From positions 32,001 through 96,000 of the forward strand of contig CAWCKY010000006.1 in NCBI GenBank assembly GCA_963796275.1: a DNA stretch of 64,000 nucleotides, written 5' to 3'. This DNA comes from an uncultured Acidobacteriota bacterium. Its GTDB lineage: Bacteria; Acidobacteriota; Blastocatellia; RBC074. Each line of letters starts with the position of its first letter. Positions within the stretch are counted from its first letter, which is position 1. Both the position numbers and the translations under genes were made by a program. This document shows, one piece after another, positions 41,598-53,103 of this stretch. The notes below the pieces were generated by a model. It had not been told where the DNA came from and made no database searches. It saw only the letters and a list, made by a program, of their open reading frames with translations.

Positions 41598-44132
41598 TTA
41601 TTTGATGACCGCGGCCAACTGCTCTTTCACTGAAGCATCGGTACCAGGGACGGGCACTCGCTTTGGCGCGGGGAACTCGATTCCTGCTTCCCGAAAGGCG
41701 TGGGCGATCTTCATGGCAACTTCGCTATTAACTCTTTTATGCATTTCTAGCTTAGCCACCCAGAAGTTCAATTCGAAGCCGAGCGAAATAGTGTCACCGA
41801 ATCCCAGAAAGAAGACTGATGGCTCGGGCTCACGCAAGACATCAGGGTGCGAAACGGCCGTTTCGATCAATACCTTGGCGACCTTTTCGGGGTCTTCGCC
41901 GTAAGCCACTTTGACCATTAATTCTGTCCGCCTTTTCTGTTCAGTCAATGTCCAATTAACCACCTGACTGGAGATCAGACTGGAATTGGGCACGATCACT
42001 TCGGCGCCCTGTGGGGTGCGAATCGAACTCGATCTCATCCCCATCCGGGTGACTTCTCCAGCAGTGCGATCGACTTCCAGAAAGTCTCCTATGCGGATCG
42101 GTCGCTCGAAGAGGAGGATGATTCCTGAAACAAAGTTGTTGATGACGTTCTGCAGGCCGAATCCAGCACCGACGCCAATAGCGCCGGTCAGTATGGTAAA
42201 CTTCGAGAGTTCGACTCCCGCGGCTGAAAGAGCCAGCAGGAATACACACAACAGAATCAGGTAATAGGTGATCGTCGAGATTGCATATGGAATACCGAGT
42301 TTCAGCTTAAGCCGCCCCAGTATATTCTCCCTGAGCACTATCCGAATGATGCTGGCCAGACCAAAGCCGGCCGCAATCACCAGGACAAATGTCAGCACAT
42401 CCCCTAAAGTGAAGCTCGCCGCTCTCAACTTGATTGGAGTCGTGAGCGCGAATGAGGCGGCATTCAACACTTTTTCACGAATCGTAAAACAATTGAGCAT
42501 TATGAATGCCCATAAGAAGAACGCTCCCCAACTCATAAGCCGCAAGGTCCAGGGGACTATGGTCTCTCCCCGCAAGCCGGCGGCGGACGTGGAGCCGGTC
42601 TGGCGAGTTCTGGAAAGCACACAGAGAAAATTAGCTGTTACGATATAAGCAGTATAAAGAAGGACCGCGGAGTATGCGCTGAGGACTGTCCCTGATCTGA
42701 GGACCCGAGAAAGTCCGACGTAGCCAAAGATGTTCGCCATCAGCGAAATCAGGATCAGAGCAAACGACAAATAAATGGCATGGATGACCAGGCGGGCTTT
42801 TCTATCCGATGATCGAAGCTCGCGGCGAACGCGTCGTGTCAGCCAGAGAACAATGGCGATGACGGCTATGCTCAATACAGCAAGGCCCCAACGCTTCAAC
42901 TCCGGCGAAGTGACGACCGATTCCAAGAGCCATGACGTCATCCCAAAGACTACCAGCACATACAAAAGCGGACGGAATCCCGGCCTGATCAGAGGCGCAA
43001 TCAATCGCACCACCGGCGCCAGAGATAGCAGGATCACCAGCGTGCGGATCTGCGCCGGGAAGGTAGCCATCATTGGTAAAAGAATCATCAAAACAGTGAG
43101 GACCGCCAGGGAAACCGGACGCTGTAAGGGCTGGATGGGTGTTGCAATCTCTGGGTGTTCCTTCACCCAGCCTCGAATCCGGTGACGAATGGCGATTCCG
43201 CTCGCCAGTGCGATCAGAAAGAGCGACAGGACGCCCAAGCCGGTATAGCGCCTGCCCTTGATGAATTCCAGCGTACGGGCCAGGTTCCGGTTGAAAGACA
43301 GTCTGACCATACGATCGAAGGACCGGTCAGCTGGCTTTATTGAGGCAGCGTCCCATAAAGGAGGGCTATCCGGATCTAAGAGGCTGCGTTCGAGCCGATC
43401 CTCCTCACGCGAAATGTTGGTCAGGGCATCCTGGACTACCTTGTCCTGCCGTGAAACCTGATCTTGAAGTACCAACAAATATCTCAGTAGTTCCTTCGCT
43501 CGTGTTCTGGTGTTCTGGGTTTCGCTCAGAACGTTATGAATGCGGTCAACGACCGACTCAATCGCTGCCGGATCCAGGATCTGGTTGAGTGCCGCCTGCC
43601 ATTCCGTTTGCTGGTTATCGAGGAAGTGCACGTCTTCCTCCACCGCCTTCGCACGTTCAGTCAGTTTTTTGAGCAATGAATCGTACAGCTCCTTTTGAGC
43701 GAGCCATCCCTGTTCTACATCCTGGAGTTCGGTACGGGTCGGGGTAAGCCCGATCAACTCATCCAATTCAAGCTGCTTCTCGCCGATCAGACTCTCTTGC
43801 GACTTCAGCGTCTGATCAATTGAGGTAAGGGTGGAATCAATTGTCAGACGGTCGTTCACCTCACGTAATTTTTGTATCGATTCTTCAGCGCGGGGTATGA
43901 TCTGCGGCAGTGGGATTGCCGGTGCCGGGATCTGACTTGGGATGGCGGCAGGCTCGACTTGCGGAGTCGGACTCGGAGCTGCTTTAAGCTTCGGCTTTTT
44001 CTGCGCGACGGTTTGCCCCGGCAAAGCGACTAGGGCGCTGAAGATAGAGAGCAACAAGAGTATGAGCGCCAGGCTCAGTCCGGCGATTTCAATAGTCCTT
44101 TTCATGGGCACGCACAGGTTTATTCCTCTCAA
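41598..44132 (-). CDS. Large MscS-family mechanosensitive channel with periplasmic coiled-coil domain
   Basis: Multiple TM helices, GAIGVGAGFGLQNVINNFVSGIILLFERPIRIGD, VIVPNS, AGIEFP. Confidence 0.92.
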   Translation of the reverse strand: MRGINLCVPMKRTIEIAGLSLALILLLLSIFSALVALPGQTVAQKKPKLKAAPSPTPQVEPAAIPSQIPAPAIPLPQIIPRAEESIQKLREVNDRLTIDSTLTSIDQTLKSQESLIGEKQLELDELIGLTPTRTELQDVEQGWLAQKELYDSLLKKLTERAKAVEEDVHFLDNQQTEWQAALNQILDPAAIESVVDRIHNVLSETQNTRTRAKELLRYLLVLQDQVSRQDKVVQDALTNISREEDRLERSLLDPDSPPLWDAASIKPADRSFDRMVRLSFNRNLARTLEFIKGRRYTGLGVLSLFLIALASGIAIRHRIRGWVKEHPEIATPIQPLQRPVSLAVLTVLMILLPMMATFPAQIRTLVILLSLAPVVRLIAPLIRPGFRPLLYVLVVFGMTSWLLESVVTSPELKRWGLAVLSIAVIAIVLWLTRRVRRELRSSDRKARLVIHAIYLSFALILISLMANIFGYVGLSRVLRSGTVLSAYSAVLLYTAYIVTANFLCVLSRTRQTGSTSAAGLRGETIVPWTLRLMSWGAFFLWAFIMLNCFTIREKVLNAASFALTTPIKLRAASFTLGDVLTFVLVIAAGFGLASIIRIVLRENILGRLKLKLGIPYAISTITYYLILLCVFLLALSAAGVELSKFTILTGAIGVGAGFGLQNVINNFVSGIILLFERPIRIGDFLEVDRTAGEVTRMGMRSSSIRTPQGAEVIVPNSSLISSQVVNWTLTEQKRRTELMVKVAYGEDPEKVAKVLIETAVSHPDVLREPEPSVFFLGFGDTISLGFELNFWVAKLEMHKRVNSEVAMKIAHAFREAGIEFPAPKRVPVPGTDASVKEQLAAVIK

Positions 44133-44138
44133 CTAAGA

Positions 44139-46268
44139 TTACAAAACTGGGCTTGCTCCTGGCGCAAGGTTCGCGATAAGCGCCACCACAGAGCGCGCCC
44201 CGGCGCGATAGCTATAGCCTGGAACCGATGGCGCCGTCTGCCACTGGACGATGTCGTGCGGTGAATCGAGCGTAGTGTCTATCCATCGGCGCCATGGATA
44301 TCCGTTCCCTTCATTCAGCGGCGGCAGCTCGAACTCAAGCGCCTCCCAATAGGCATTCAGGATAAAATGCAAAAATAGTTTTTCCCTCTTGAGCTCCACG
44401 GTCAACGCCAGCGAATGCGAGAATTCGCCCCAGTCGGGCTGGTTTAGTTTGACGCCGTGCCATGCTTTATTCGCCTCCTGGATCATCTGGGTCAAGGTCA
44501 GGCGCTGGTGTTCGTGCTCGATGTCTCGCAACAGCCGGCGTTCGGCGAGCAGCAATACAAACCGGTGCAGATCCGCATGCTTCGAGACCAGCGCCCAGTC
44601 GAACCAGTTCGTCTCATTGTCATGACAATAGTAGTTGTTGTTGCCGCGCTGGGTGCGCCCCACTTCGTCGCCCATCAGAATCATGGGCACACCCAATGAG
44701 AGCATCGTAGCGGTCAAGAAGTTCTTCATCTGTCTGTTTCGCAGCTTCTCTATCGCAGGGTCATCGGTCGGGCCCTCCGCGCCGCAGTTCCAGCTCAGGT
44801 TGCTATCCGCCCCATCGCTATTGTTCTCCCCATTCGCTTCGTTATGCTTATGGTTGTAGGAGACAAGGTCGTTGAGTGTGAAACCATCGTGACATGTCAC
44901 GAAATTAACGCTCTGCTCAGGCTCACGCTCCTTGTGACGGTAAATCTCGGGGCTACCGATCAATCGGTCGGCTAAGTGCGCCGCTGAACCCTTATCCCCA
45001 CGGAAGAAGCTGCGTGCATCGTCGCGAAATCGCCCGTTCCATTCCTTCCAACTGTCCCCGACGAAGCTGCCCACCTGATACAGGCCGGCCGCATCCCACG
45101 CCTCGGCGATAAGCTTCGTACCAGCCAGCGCCGGGTCCGACTCGATATCCCACAGAACAGGAGGATTCGGCATTGGATTGCCTGACGAATCGCGTGCGAG
45201 GATTGATGCGAGATCGAACCGGAAACCGTCCACGTGCATCACCTCGACCCAGTAACGCAGACTATCCACTATCATGCGGCGGACGATCGGATGATTGGCG
45301 TTGAGCGTGTTCCCGCATCCGGTGTAGTCGGCATAACGTGAGTTGTCCTGATCGAGGATGTAGTAAGTGCTGTTGTCAAGGCCGCGGAAACTCAGCGTCG
45401 GCCCCAGATGGTCGCCTTCGGCTGTATGATTGAAGACAACGTCGAGAATCACCTCTAGCCCCGCCCGGTGCAGCGCCTTGACCATATCGCGAAATTCGTC
45501 CACCGGTCCGGTCGGATCCTGGCGCGAGCTGTATGCCTGGTGCGGCGCAAAGAAAGAGACCGGTTGATACCCCCAGTAATTGACCAACCCCGGCGGGCAA
45601 GCCTGAGCATCGAACTGGAATACCGGGAGCAGTTCGACGGCACTGATGCCGAGCCGTTGAAGATAGGGAATCTTCTCTATCAAACCGGCGTAGGTGCCGC
45701 GTAGATTTTCGGCGACTTCGGAACTGGGATGTCGGGTGAACCCTCGCACGTGCATTTCATAAATAATCGTCCGCGCGGATGGATGATTCAGCGGAGCGTC
45801 TCCTTCCCAATCATAGGCGGACGGATCGACCACCACGCTCTTCATCGCCGTGGCAGCGTTGCCTCCCTCGATACCTGCCGCCTCGCGCGTGTAGTTTCCG
45901 GGAACGACCACACCCTTGCCATAGGGGTCGAGGAGAACTTTTGTAGGATCAAACCGTAGCCCTTTCGCCGGGTCGAATGGGCCCTCGGCCCGATAGCCGT
46001 AAATCTGCCCCGGCTGCACATCCGGCATGAATATGTGCCAATAGTGATAACCGCGGTTGGCGACGGGATCTAGGCGAATCACACGGGCAGGCCGAGCGTC
46101 ATCGACTCGATCGAAGAGGAGCAGTTCAACTCCTGTGGCGTATCTCGAGAAAAGACTGAAGTTTGTCCCATTAGCCGAAGGGGTCGTCCCCAGAGGCGAA
46201 CTCCTACCATTCAAATTCCGCTGTGCAATTTTTGACGTGGCTTGTGATCTTGGTTTCGATGCAAACAT
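44139..46268 (-). CDS. glgX: Glycogen debranching enzyme (isoamylase, GH13_11)
   Basis: NYWGY, DVVFNHTAEG, DGFRFDLAS, LIAEAWD, NFVTCHDGFTLNDLVSYN. Confidence 0.95.
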   Translation of the reverse strand: MFASKPRSQATSKIAQRNLNGRSSPLGTTPSANGTNFSLFSRYATGVELLLFDRVDDARPARVIRLDPVANRGYHYWHIFMPDVQPGQIYGYRAEGPFDPAKGLRFDPTKVLLDPYGKGVVVPGNYTREAAGIEGGNAATAMKSVVVDPSAYDWEGDAPLNHPSARTIIYEMHVRGFTRHPSSEVAENLRGTYAGLIEKIPYLQRLGISAVELLPVFQFDAQACPPGLVNYWGYQPVSFFAPHQAYSSRQDPTGPVDEFRDMVKALHRAGLEVILDVVFNHTAEGDHLGPTLSFRGLDNSTYYILDQDNSRYADYTGCGNTLNANHPIVRRMIVDSLRYWVEVMHVDGFRFDLASILARDSSGNPMPNPPVLWDIESDPALAGTKLIAEAWDAAGLYQVGSFVGDSWKEWNGRFRDDARSFFRGDKGSAAHLADRLIGSPEIYRHKEREPEQSVNFVTCHDGFTLNDLVSYNHKHNEANGENNSDGADSNLSWNCGAEGPTDDPAIEKLRNRQMKNFLTATMLSLGVPMILMGDEVGRTQRGNNNYYCHDNETNWFDWALVSKHADLHRFVLLLAERRLLRDIEHEHQRLTLTQMIQEANKAWHGVKLNQPDWGEFSHSLALTVELKREKLFLHFILNAYWEALEFELPPLNEGNGYPWRRWIDTTLDSPHDIVQWQTAPSVPGYSYRAGARSVVALIANLAPGASPVL

Positions 46269-46509
46269 TTCTTCTCCTCGATTTCGAACCTCCTGGGATG
46301 CTGCTCCCAGCTGCGCGAATGGTTAGTAGGTATAGCTCTATTTGGCGGATGTCCATGCGTTGATCATTGACCATTCGCTGATTGAAATCAGTGGAACATC
46401 CCACGGGAGTTGGGAACCGCTGATCGTCGCCGGCGGCGCCTTGGACATGTTACATCTCCTTACAGCCGTGGATGTATCCCTTTGCTCAAGCAATGATTCA
46501 AGATTGAGG

Positions 46510-46648
46510 TAGCAAGCTTTAAGCCAAACGGAAATAGCTACCCGGCCTGACCGAAAGTGATTTACTTAGCTTATTTGCGAGTCGAAGCGATGATGTGGGT
46601 ATTTCTTTGCGCCCCAAGATATTGGAGCGCCCACAAATTATTGGAGGT
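46510..46648 (-). promoter_or_regulatory. Sigma54 promoter module (tandem UAS, IHF-like box, -24/-12) upstream of glgX-mscS
   Basis: Minus strand: CTCCAATAAT..(19 bp period)..CTCCAATATC, ctcgcaaat...aaatcactt, TTTGGCTTAAAGCTTGCT (GG-N10-GC). Confidence 0.8.
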
Positions 46649-46844
46649 TATTCCACCACGAGCGCGTACCTGGCGTCATAAACGCGATCGAAGCGGCGCG
46701 CTGAAATGCTCCCGGGAGTTACACGCCTTTGAAATCTTCCTGGCTTACCAATTCGGCATGGGCGTTAAACAACCAAACTGAATGTCAAGAAGCGAGGGAA
46801 GTCTGGCTGTGATCGTCGGCTGAGCGGTGCCGAAAGCGCTTCAG

Positions 46845-48164
46845 CTAAAGCCAACCGCCACTAAATCCCGCCCGCAGCAGTCCGGCAACGACCACCGGGC
46901 AACGACGCATGATGTTCCAGAGCAGGCCGGTCCGATAGTTCTCGATCATCAGTACGATCGGCCCTTGATCGATCCCGAAGTGATACGGCGTGACCCACCA
47001 ACCAGTCGGGCTATCTGGCACAACAAACGATTGATTGAACGACGGCTTGAATCCATATTTTCTCGTCATGCCCAATTCCATTTGCGCAAAATGCTGCACG
47101 GTCGGGATGACGATTTCAGGAGCAAACGGCAGCGAGGCGATGACAACCCAAGGGGCGACGGTACCATCATCGGGACCGAATGGGGCGCCTCGAGCGAAAT
47201 AATCGAAAAACTCGCATTCGGTCCCGTTGATTGCGCGCTTTACACAACCGGGCCCGTCGCATGCTGTGAATCCCCAACAGTGTTCACCGTAGCCGACAAA
47301 ATTCATGGGATTCCGGATCGCATATTCTTGCTGTACAAACGTCGCCTGCCGGCTATTTTCAAAGTAGTCGCTGCCGTGCGCCTGCATGAACTCATCGCGA
47401 ATACCGCGAAAGTCGATCCACATATGCGAGAGTTGATGCGTGAAGAGAGGGCCCGAGTAAAGCAATTCACGTTCGTAGATTTTCCTCCACTGGTAAGTCG
47501 CGCAATAGGCGCGATAACTCTCGGGGGGCAACGAATGCGTTGGCGAACCGAGTCCGAGGATGTACAGGAGCAAGCCTTCGTCATAACCTTGCCAGCGATG
47601 TGGGATGAACCCGGTCTCCGGCGTCCAGCCATGAGTTAGAGTCGGTCCGCCATCCCGGGCCCAATTCCAATCGGCCCGTTGGTAAAGCGCATCGGCCAGG
47701 TTTCTGATCTCGATCTCGTCGGGCGTATCACGGTCGAAATAGGCGCCGACTGTCAAGGCGCCCGCGAACAGAAACGCCGAGTCGATGGTGGAAAGCTCGC
47801 ATTGCCAGACGCGGCGACCCGTTTCGATGTCCAGGAAATGGTAGAAAAAGCCTTTGTAGCCGGAGGTCTCCGGCCCGGGGCCTTGCGGGCATTCGAACAA
47901 GTAACGCAGTCGTTTCCGGGTGATCTTGGCGGCGAAATCTCGGAAGAGGACGCCACGCTCGACGACGACCGGAATCGTCGCCAGCGCCATGCCGCAAGCG
48001 GCGATACTGACCGGAGCGTTCGGATCAGTCTTGTCGCGGACCAGCCCATTGTCCGGGTTGGATTCGTGCAGATAGTACAGAACCGTGGAGAGCTGCAGCA
48101 GGGCCAGCTCTTGGTCGGTGAGCAGTCGATCGGAATCGTCGTTGGCGCAGGAAGTGTCGGTCAT
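46845..48164 (-). CDS. Glycoamylase-domain protein, GH144-like endo-beta-1,2-glucanase
   Basis: GLVRD, SIAACG, YKGFFYHFLD, ELSTIDSA, GYDEG, GPLFTHQ.SH.W.DFRG, WGFTACDGP, GIDQGP. Confidence 0.85.
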   Translation of the reverse strand: MTDTSCANDDSDRLLTDQELALLQLSTVLYYLHESNPDNGLVRDKTDPNAPVSIAACGMALATIPVVVERGVLFRDFAAKITRKRLRYLFECPQGPGPETSGYKGFFYHFLDIETGRRVWQCELSTIDSAFLFAGALTVGAYFDRDTPDEIEIRNLADALYQRADWNWARDGGPTLTHGWTPETGFIPHRWQGYDEGLLLYILGLGSPTHSLPPESYRAYCATYQWRKIYERELLYSGPLFTHQLSHMWIDFRGIRDEFMQAHGSDYFENSRQATFVQQEYAIRNPMNFVGYGEHCWGFTACDGPGCVKRAINGTECEFFDYFARGAPFGPDDGTVAPWVVIASLPFAPEIVIPTVQHFAQMELGMTRKYGFKPSFNQSFVVPDSPTGWWVTPYHFGIDQGPIVLMIENYRTGLLWNIMRRCPVVVAGLLRAGFSGGWL

Positions 48165-48181
48165 AGGTCAGTTGCTCTCCG

Positions 48182-51100
48182 TCAGCCCAATTGCACGCGG
48201 ACGTTGTGTGTTTTCGAGTCGTCGCTTAGCGGCACCGTGTCGTTCGGCAATCGCTGACCGTCCAACTCGACCGATCGGACGCCGCGACCCGTGCCAGCCG
48301 AGTTGTCCACCTGAATTCGGTAGGTAGCGGACAGATGGCGATAGCTCATTTCAAATCCCGGCCAGCTCGGCGGGATGCATGGCTCGAAACGAAGTGTGCC
48401 GCCCCGCAATTGGAAACCAAGAATCGTCTCAATGGCGACGCGGTAGAGCCAACTCGCCGAGCCGGTGTACCACGTCCAGCCGCCGCGGCCCGTGTGTGGC
48501 GGGGCGCCATACACGTCGGCGCAAACCACATACGGCTCAACTTTGTAATGCTGCACCTCCTCAGCCGTCGTGGCGTGGTAGACCGGGTTGATGAGGTTCC
48601 ATAGTTCCATGGCGCGGTCGCCATGACCCTGCAACGCCGTCGCCAGGGCAACCCAGGTAGCGGCATGTGTGTATTGACCACCGTTCTCGCGGATGCCCGG
48701 CACATATCCTTTGATGTAGCCGGGCTGAAGGGCGCCTTTGTCGAACGGCGGGTCGAATAGCTGGATCAGTTTGTCGCCGATACGCACCAGTCGTTTTTGA
48801 ACCGCGTCTATCGCCGATTGAGCCCGTGCCGGGTTGGCTGCTCCGGAAATGACCGCCCAAGCCTGTGGGATGGCGTCGATTTGGCACTCATCGTTTTGAG
48901 CAGATCCCAAGGGAGTGCCGTCATCGAAATACGCTCGGCGGTACCACGCGCCGTCCCAGGCATTCGCCTCCAGAGCAACCCGCAACTGCTCGGCTCGCTC
49001 CCGGCACCAATTTGCATCGTCGGCCTGGCTGCGACCGATCAGCCAATTCTGCAAACGCGTTCAACACGCTGATGAAGAACCACGCCGTTCCAAACGCTCT
49101 CGCCCTTTCCGTGGACGCCCACCTTATTCATGCCGTCGTTCCAATCGCCGGTGCCCATGAGAGGCAATCCGTGGGAACCCAACCGATAGCCGTGCTTCAG
49201 CGCGCGAACGCAGTGCTCGTATATGGTGCCAGTCTGCTCGCTCACTGCGGGCAAGTTGAAGTCTTCTTCCTGTTCTTCGCGAAGCACCGGCGACGTGATG
49301 AACGGCACGACCTCATTTAACAAGTCCGTGTCGCCTGTCGTCACAACATAGTGGTGAACCACTAGGGGCAAGAAATAGAGGTCATCGGTGATTCGCGTGC
49401 GAACGCCGATCCCGGACGGCGGGTGCCACCAGTGCTGGACATCGCCCTCCTCGAATTGCCGTGCCGCCGATCGCAAGATCTGCGCACGCGCCTCTGCCGG
49501 AGCGCTGTAGACCAAAGCCATCACATCCTGAAGTTGGTCGCGAAAGCCGTACGCTCCGCCGGATTGGTAAAACGCAGAGCGGGCCCAAACGCGGCAAGCC
49601 AGAACCTGATAAATAAGCCAACGGTTGAGCATCAAGTCGATGCCCGGATCGGGCGTAGTCACGTGCAACGCATTTAGATAACGGTCCCATTGCTGATGCA
49701 CCTGCGCCAGTGCCGCATCGGCTCGATGGGGTTCTGTGTATGCACTAATGAGTCGATGAATCTCTTCCAAGCTGTCCGCCTGACCCAAGGCAAAAACCAC
49801 TTCTTTCGTCTCGCCAGGAGACAGCGTCACTTCCGTCGTCATTGCCGCGCAGGGATCAAGGGCCGGGCCGGCGCGGCCGGATAGCCTGACGCGCCGCAGG
49901 GCGGCGGGCATGGAAATCGAGCCGTGTTCCCCCAGAAATTCCGTACGATCTGCGGTGACTGACTGCGTCGGCGAACCACATGCCACGAAGGCGATCTTCT
50001 CGGCGAAGTTGCCGGCCCAAGCATTCCGCGCCAATATCGCGGCGCTCTCCGGATCGCGCTCGCAGACGACTTGCAGCGGAGCGTTTTCACGAGCCGATCC
50101 AAGAGTCCATTCGGCGTAGTACGTCGCCGACAAGCGCCTTGGGCGATCGTCGTCATTTCGCACAGTCAGGCACACCAACTTAATCGGATCGTCGGTCGGA
50201 ACGAAAACCAAAAGCTCTTGATTGAGATTACGACTGACATGGGTGTAGCGAGTGTAGCCTTGGCCGTGGCGGACAGTCACCGGTGCCCCAGGCCCCAGCG
50301 GCAAGGGCGTGGGCGTCCAGAAATCACCAGTTTCCTCGTCGCGCAAATAGACCACTTCACCTGGCTGGTCCGAAGTCGGATCATTCGACCAGGGAGTGAG
50401 GCGGTTCATTTGACTGTTGCCTGCCCAACTGTAGCCCAGACCAGCCTCTGTCACTAGACATCCGAACCGCGGATTGGCCAGCACATTCGTCCAGGGAGCT
50501 GGCGGCAACGCTGGTCCGATCTGTGAAGTGCCGTCGATGACGATCACGTACTCGCGGCCATCAGAGGTGAAACCTCCGAAGCCGTTCCAGAAACTCAATC
50601 CTTCAGGTTGTCGAGCAGCCGGTCGGGTGGGCTGCGCGACAGGCTTTGTCGCGACCGCACCGGGAGCGAATTGCGGCGGCGGATCGGGCCGTGGGGCAGC
50701 GCGATGATCGATCTGCTCGGCCAGTGATCCGCGATCACCGACAAGCACAGCCCGCGCGGCGGCTGCGAGCAGGACCGCATCATCGGCCGGCACTTTGTCC
50801 GCAGTCAGAAAGAACACGCCGCCCGACTTGCCGAGCATCTCGCCGGCAATCCCCGTTTGGAGTTCCGTGCGTAACCGTTCGGCAGGTTCGCCGGCACGCT
50901 CGTCCAGGATCACGAGATCCACATTCAATCCGCGTCGGCGCGTATAGATGCGCCACTTGACGAGTTGCCGAACGATCCTCTCATCGCCGACCCGAGCGAC
51001 TCGGGCCAGCACGATCGGGAGGTCACCGGAAATGGAGTGCGGCCACAGGCCCGGCTGCCCCAGCCGGTTGGCGGCCACGGCATCAAGGTCGCGAAGACCG

Positions 51101-52041
51101 GAGTTCGTGAACACGACGGCCGCCGCCAGCCGGTTGAACAGGGCGATATCGTCCGGCGTGAGCTCGAGCTCCTGTAGTTCGCTCTGGCAGTGGGCTTTGG
51201 CGCCTGCAAATGCCTGGTCGATCGCCTCGAATTCGCGGAATTGTTCGGCAATTCCGATGGCGCCTTCACGCGTGTCAGCCGCTCCGGTCACGAATGCGAT
51301 GCGAGTCGTCATTCCCGGTTCGAGCCCGACGCGCCGGCGCAAGCTGAAGATCGGATCGAGCACCGCGCCGGTGGTTCGCGACAAGCGAGACCCAGGATCC
51401 AACGCGGCGGGATTGGCCGGCGTGCGACCGCGTCCGAGAAATCTCATTCGGTCCGTCTCGTAATCAATCTCGTCACTGGCCGAAACGCTCGCCGCCGAAG
51501 TGTGAATCGCCCAGACTGGATGTTCGTTCGCGCCGCGGGGGCGGCGTCGGGCCAAAAGCGCGCCGTACTGGGGATCGAATTCCGTCTCCAGGAATAGCTT
51601 GGCAAAAGCAGGGTGGGCCTGATCGGCCCGACGGTCATTCAGGCACACCTCCGCATAGCTCGTAAGCTCGACTTCGCGATGGCGAGGGCCGTGATTGACG
51701 AGCGTCACCACGCGTACCTCGGCATCTGCATCCGGCACGACACAAACGGCACAGCGGGTCTCGACGTCGCCATCCCGTCGACGGAACTCCGCGCGGTCGG
51801 CGTGAAACTCGATGTCAGATTCATCAGCGGCCCGGCACAACGGTTGACTTCCAATCGACCACAAGCTGCCGTCGCTGAGGTCACGGACGTAATAGAACTG
51901 ACCCCAGCAGTCGCGCGTGGCATCTTCGCGCCAGCGTGTTACATCCAGGCCGCGCCAGGTGCTGTAGCCAGCGCCGGCGTTCGTGATCATCACTCCGTAC
52001 GAGCCATTGGAAAGCAGTGCTACCGTAGGTTGCGATCTCAT
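48182..52041 (-). CDS. GH94 glycoside phosphorylase resembling the C-terminal phosphorylase half of Cgs/NdvB; frameshifts near 49030-49085
   Basis: LLSNGSY, TRWRED, HPAFAKLFLETE, PAPW.NV.AN, NRLTPWSND, YQSGGAYGFRDQLQD, GTGDWNDG, RENGGQYTH, GRGGWTWYTGSA; no GT84 synthase domain. Confidence 0.88.
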
Positions 52042-52326
52042 TTATTCTCCGTCCGACATTGGAAACATGCTGAGGCTCGGCCCGCGGTCACGAGCGCACC
52101 ATTACTCCACTAGTGGAATAATGGCTGCTGGTTCGTACCGCAGCAGAGCACATAAATTGTTCTCGATCTGCAGCTCGCGCGCTGCCTTCTTGACGGGTAG
52201 TACGCGGGCAAATTTCGCTGAATGGGCATCTTGACCTCGTCTTCATCGATGGCATGACGAAGATCGAAGTCACCAAACACTTACTGAGCATAGACGGTTT
52301 CATTGTTAAATCTCCCAATACACATG

Positions 52327-52484
52327 TAGCAAGCCTCGGTCCAAATGAATAACTCTGCTGAGGCATTAGGTAGGGATTTCACAAGAAGCTATTTAACTCT
52401 TTATACTTGCGAGGTGAGTCAGATTGATGATTAACCGATTGGATGCTACGAAATGTTGGAGCTTCCCCTTAAATATTGGAGACC
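52327..52484 (-). promoter_or_regulatory. Sigma54 promoter module upstream of the GH94-GH144 operon
   Basis: Minus strand: GTCTCCAATATTTAAGGGGAAGCTCCAACATTTCGTAGCAT, ctcgcaagtataaagagttaaatagctt, TTTGGACCGAGGCTTGCT. Confidence 0.85.
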
Positions 52485-52625
52485 CTCCTGGTGAAATCAA
52501 GATAATCATACTTCGATAGTACTGCGGTTTTAAGACGAGTATGCAGGGTTGAAGATTGCAAAGCTTTTGGAGTGCGGTTGCTTGCTTGGCTTGGGATGCC
52601 GCTGGTGATTTCGTTTTGGACAGCA

Positions 52626-52711
52626 AATCAGTACCGCGAGCGGTAGCGAGCGTGGCTCTCGCAAAGGATTTACGCCGGAAGTCACGCTCGCTACCGCTCG
52701 CGGTACTGATT
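52626..52711. repeat. Long palindrome (REP-like)
   Basis: aatcagtaccgcgagcggtagcgagcgtg ... cacgctcgctaccgctcgcggtactgatt, perfect 29-bp arms. Confidence 0.85.
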
Positions 52712-52809
52712 CGCCAGCAGTATCGCTTGCTTGCAACCGCTTTGGTAGTCATATTCCGCGATCCGGGATTTTCGACCTAACTCACCTCACACCCCTCCAC
52801 CACTGACTA

Positions 52810-53092
52810 CCATCTTCACGCGGATCAAGTGGGTAGATACAAATGACGACCAGTTCGATCTCAGCGGCAGCTGGTGGTTAAATCTGAGCTCTAACCTCAA
52901 ATTTGGTAAAAAGAGCGTGGGAAGTTCCTGGTTACTTATGGCGAGGGTATCGAGAACTACATGCGAGAACTACATGCTCACTACATGAATGATGCGCCGG
53001 TGGACGTCGGCATCAAGAATAACGTTCAGAATCCAGTCGCGCCGATCAAGGGTGGCCTTGCCGGCACTGGGCATCGTCGCATTTTTGGATCA
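52810..53092 (+). pseudogene. Fragment of a DcaP-like outer-membrane porin gene
   Basis: IKWVDTNDDQFDLSG, LNLSSNLKFG, YGEGIENYM..NDAPVDVGI, ALGIVAFLDH in broken frames; internal stutter gagaactacatgc x2. Confidence 0.55.
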
Positions 53093-53103
53093 CAAAATTG
53101 AAT

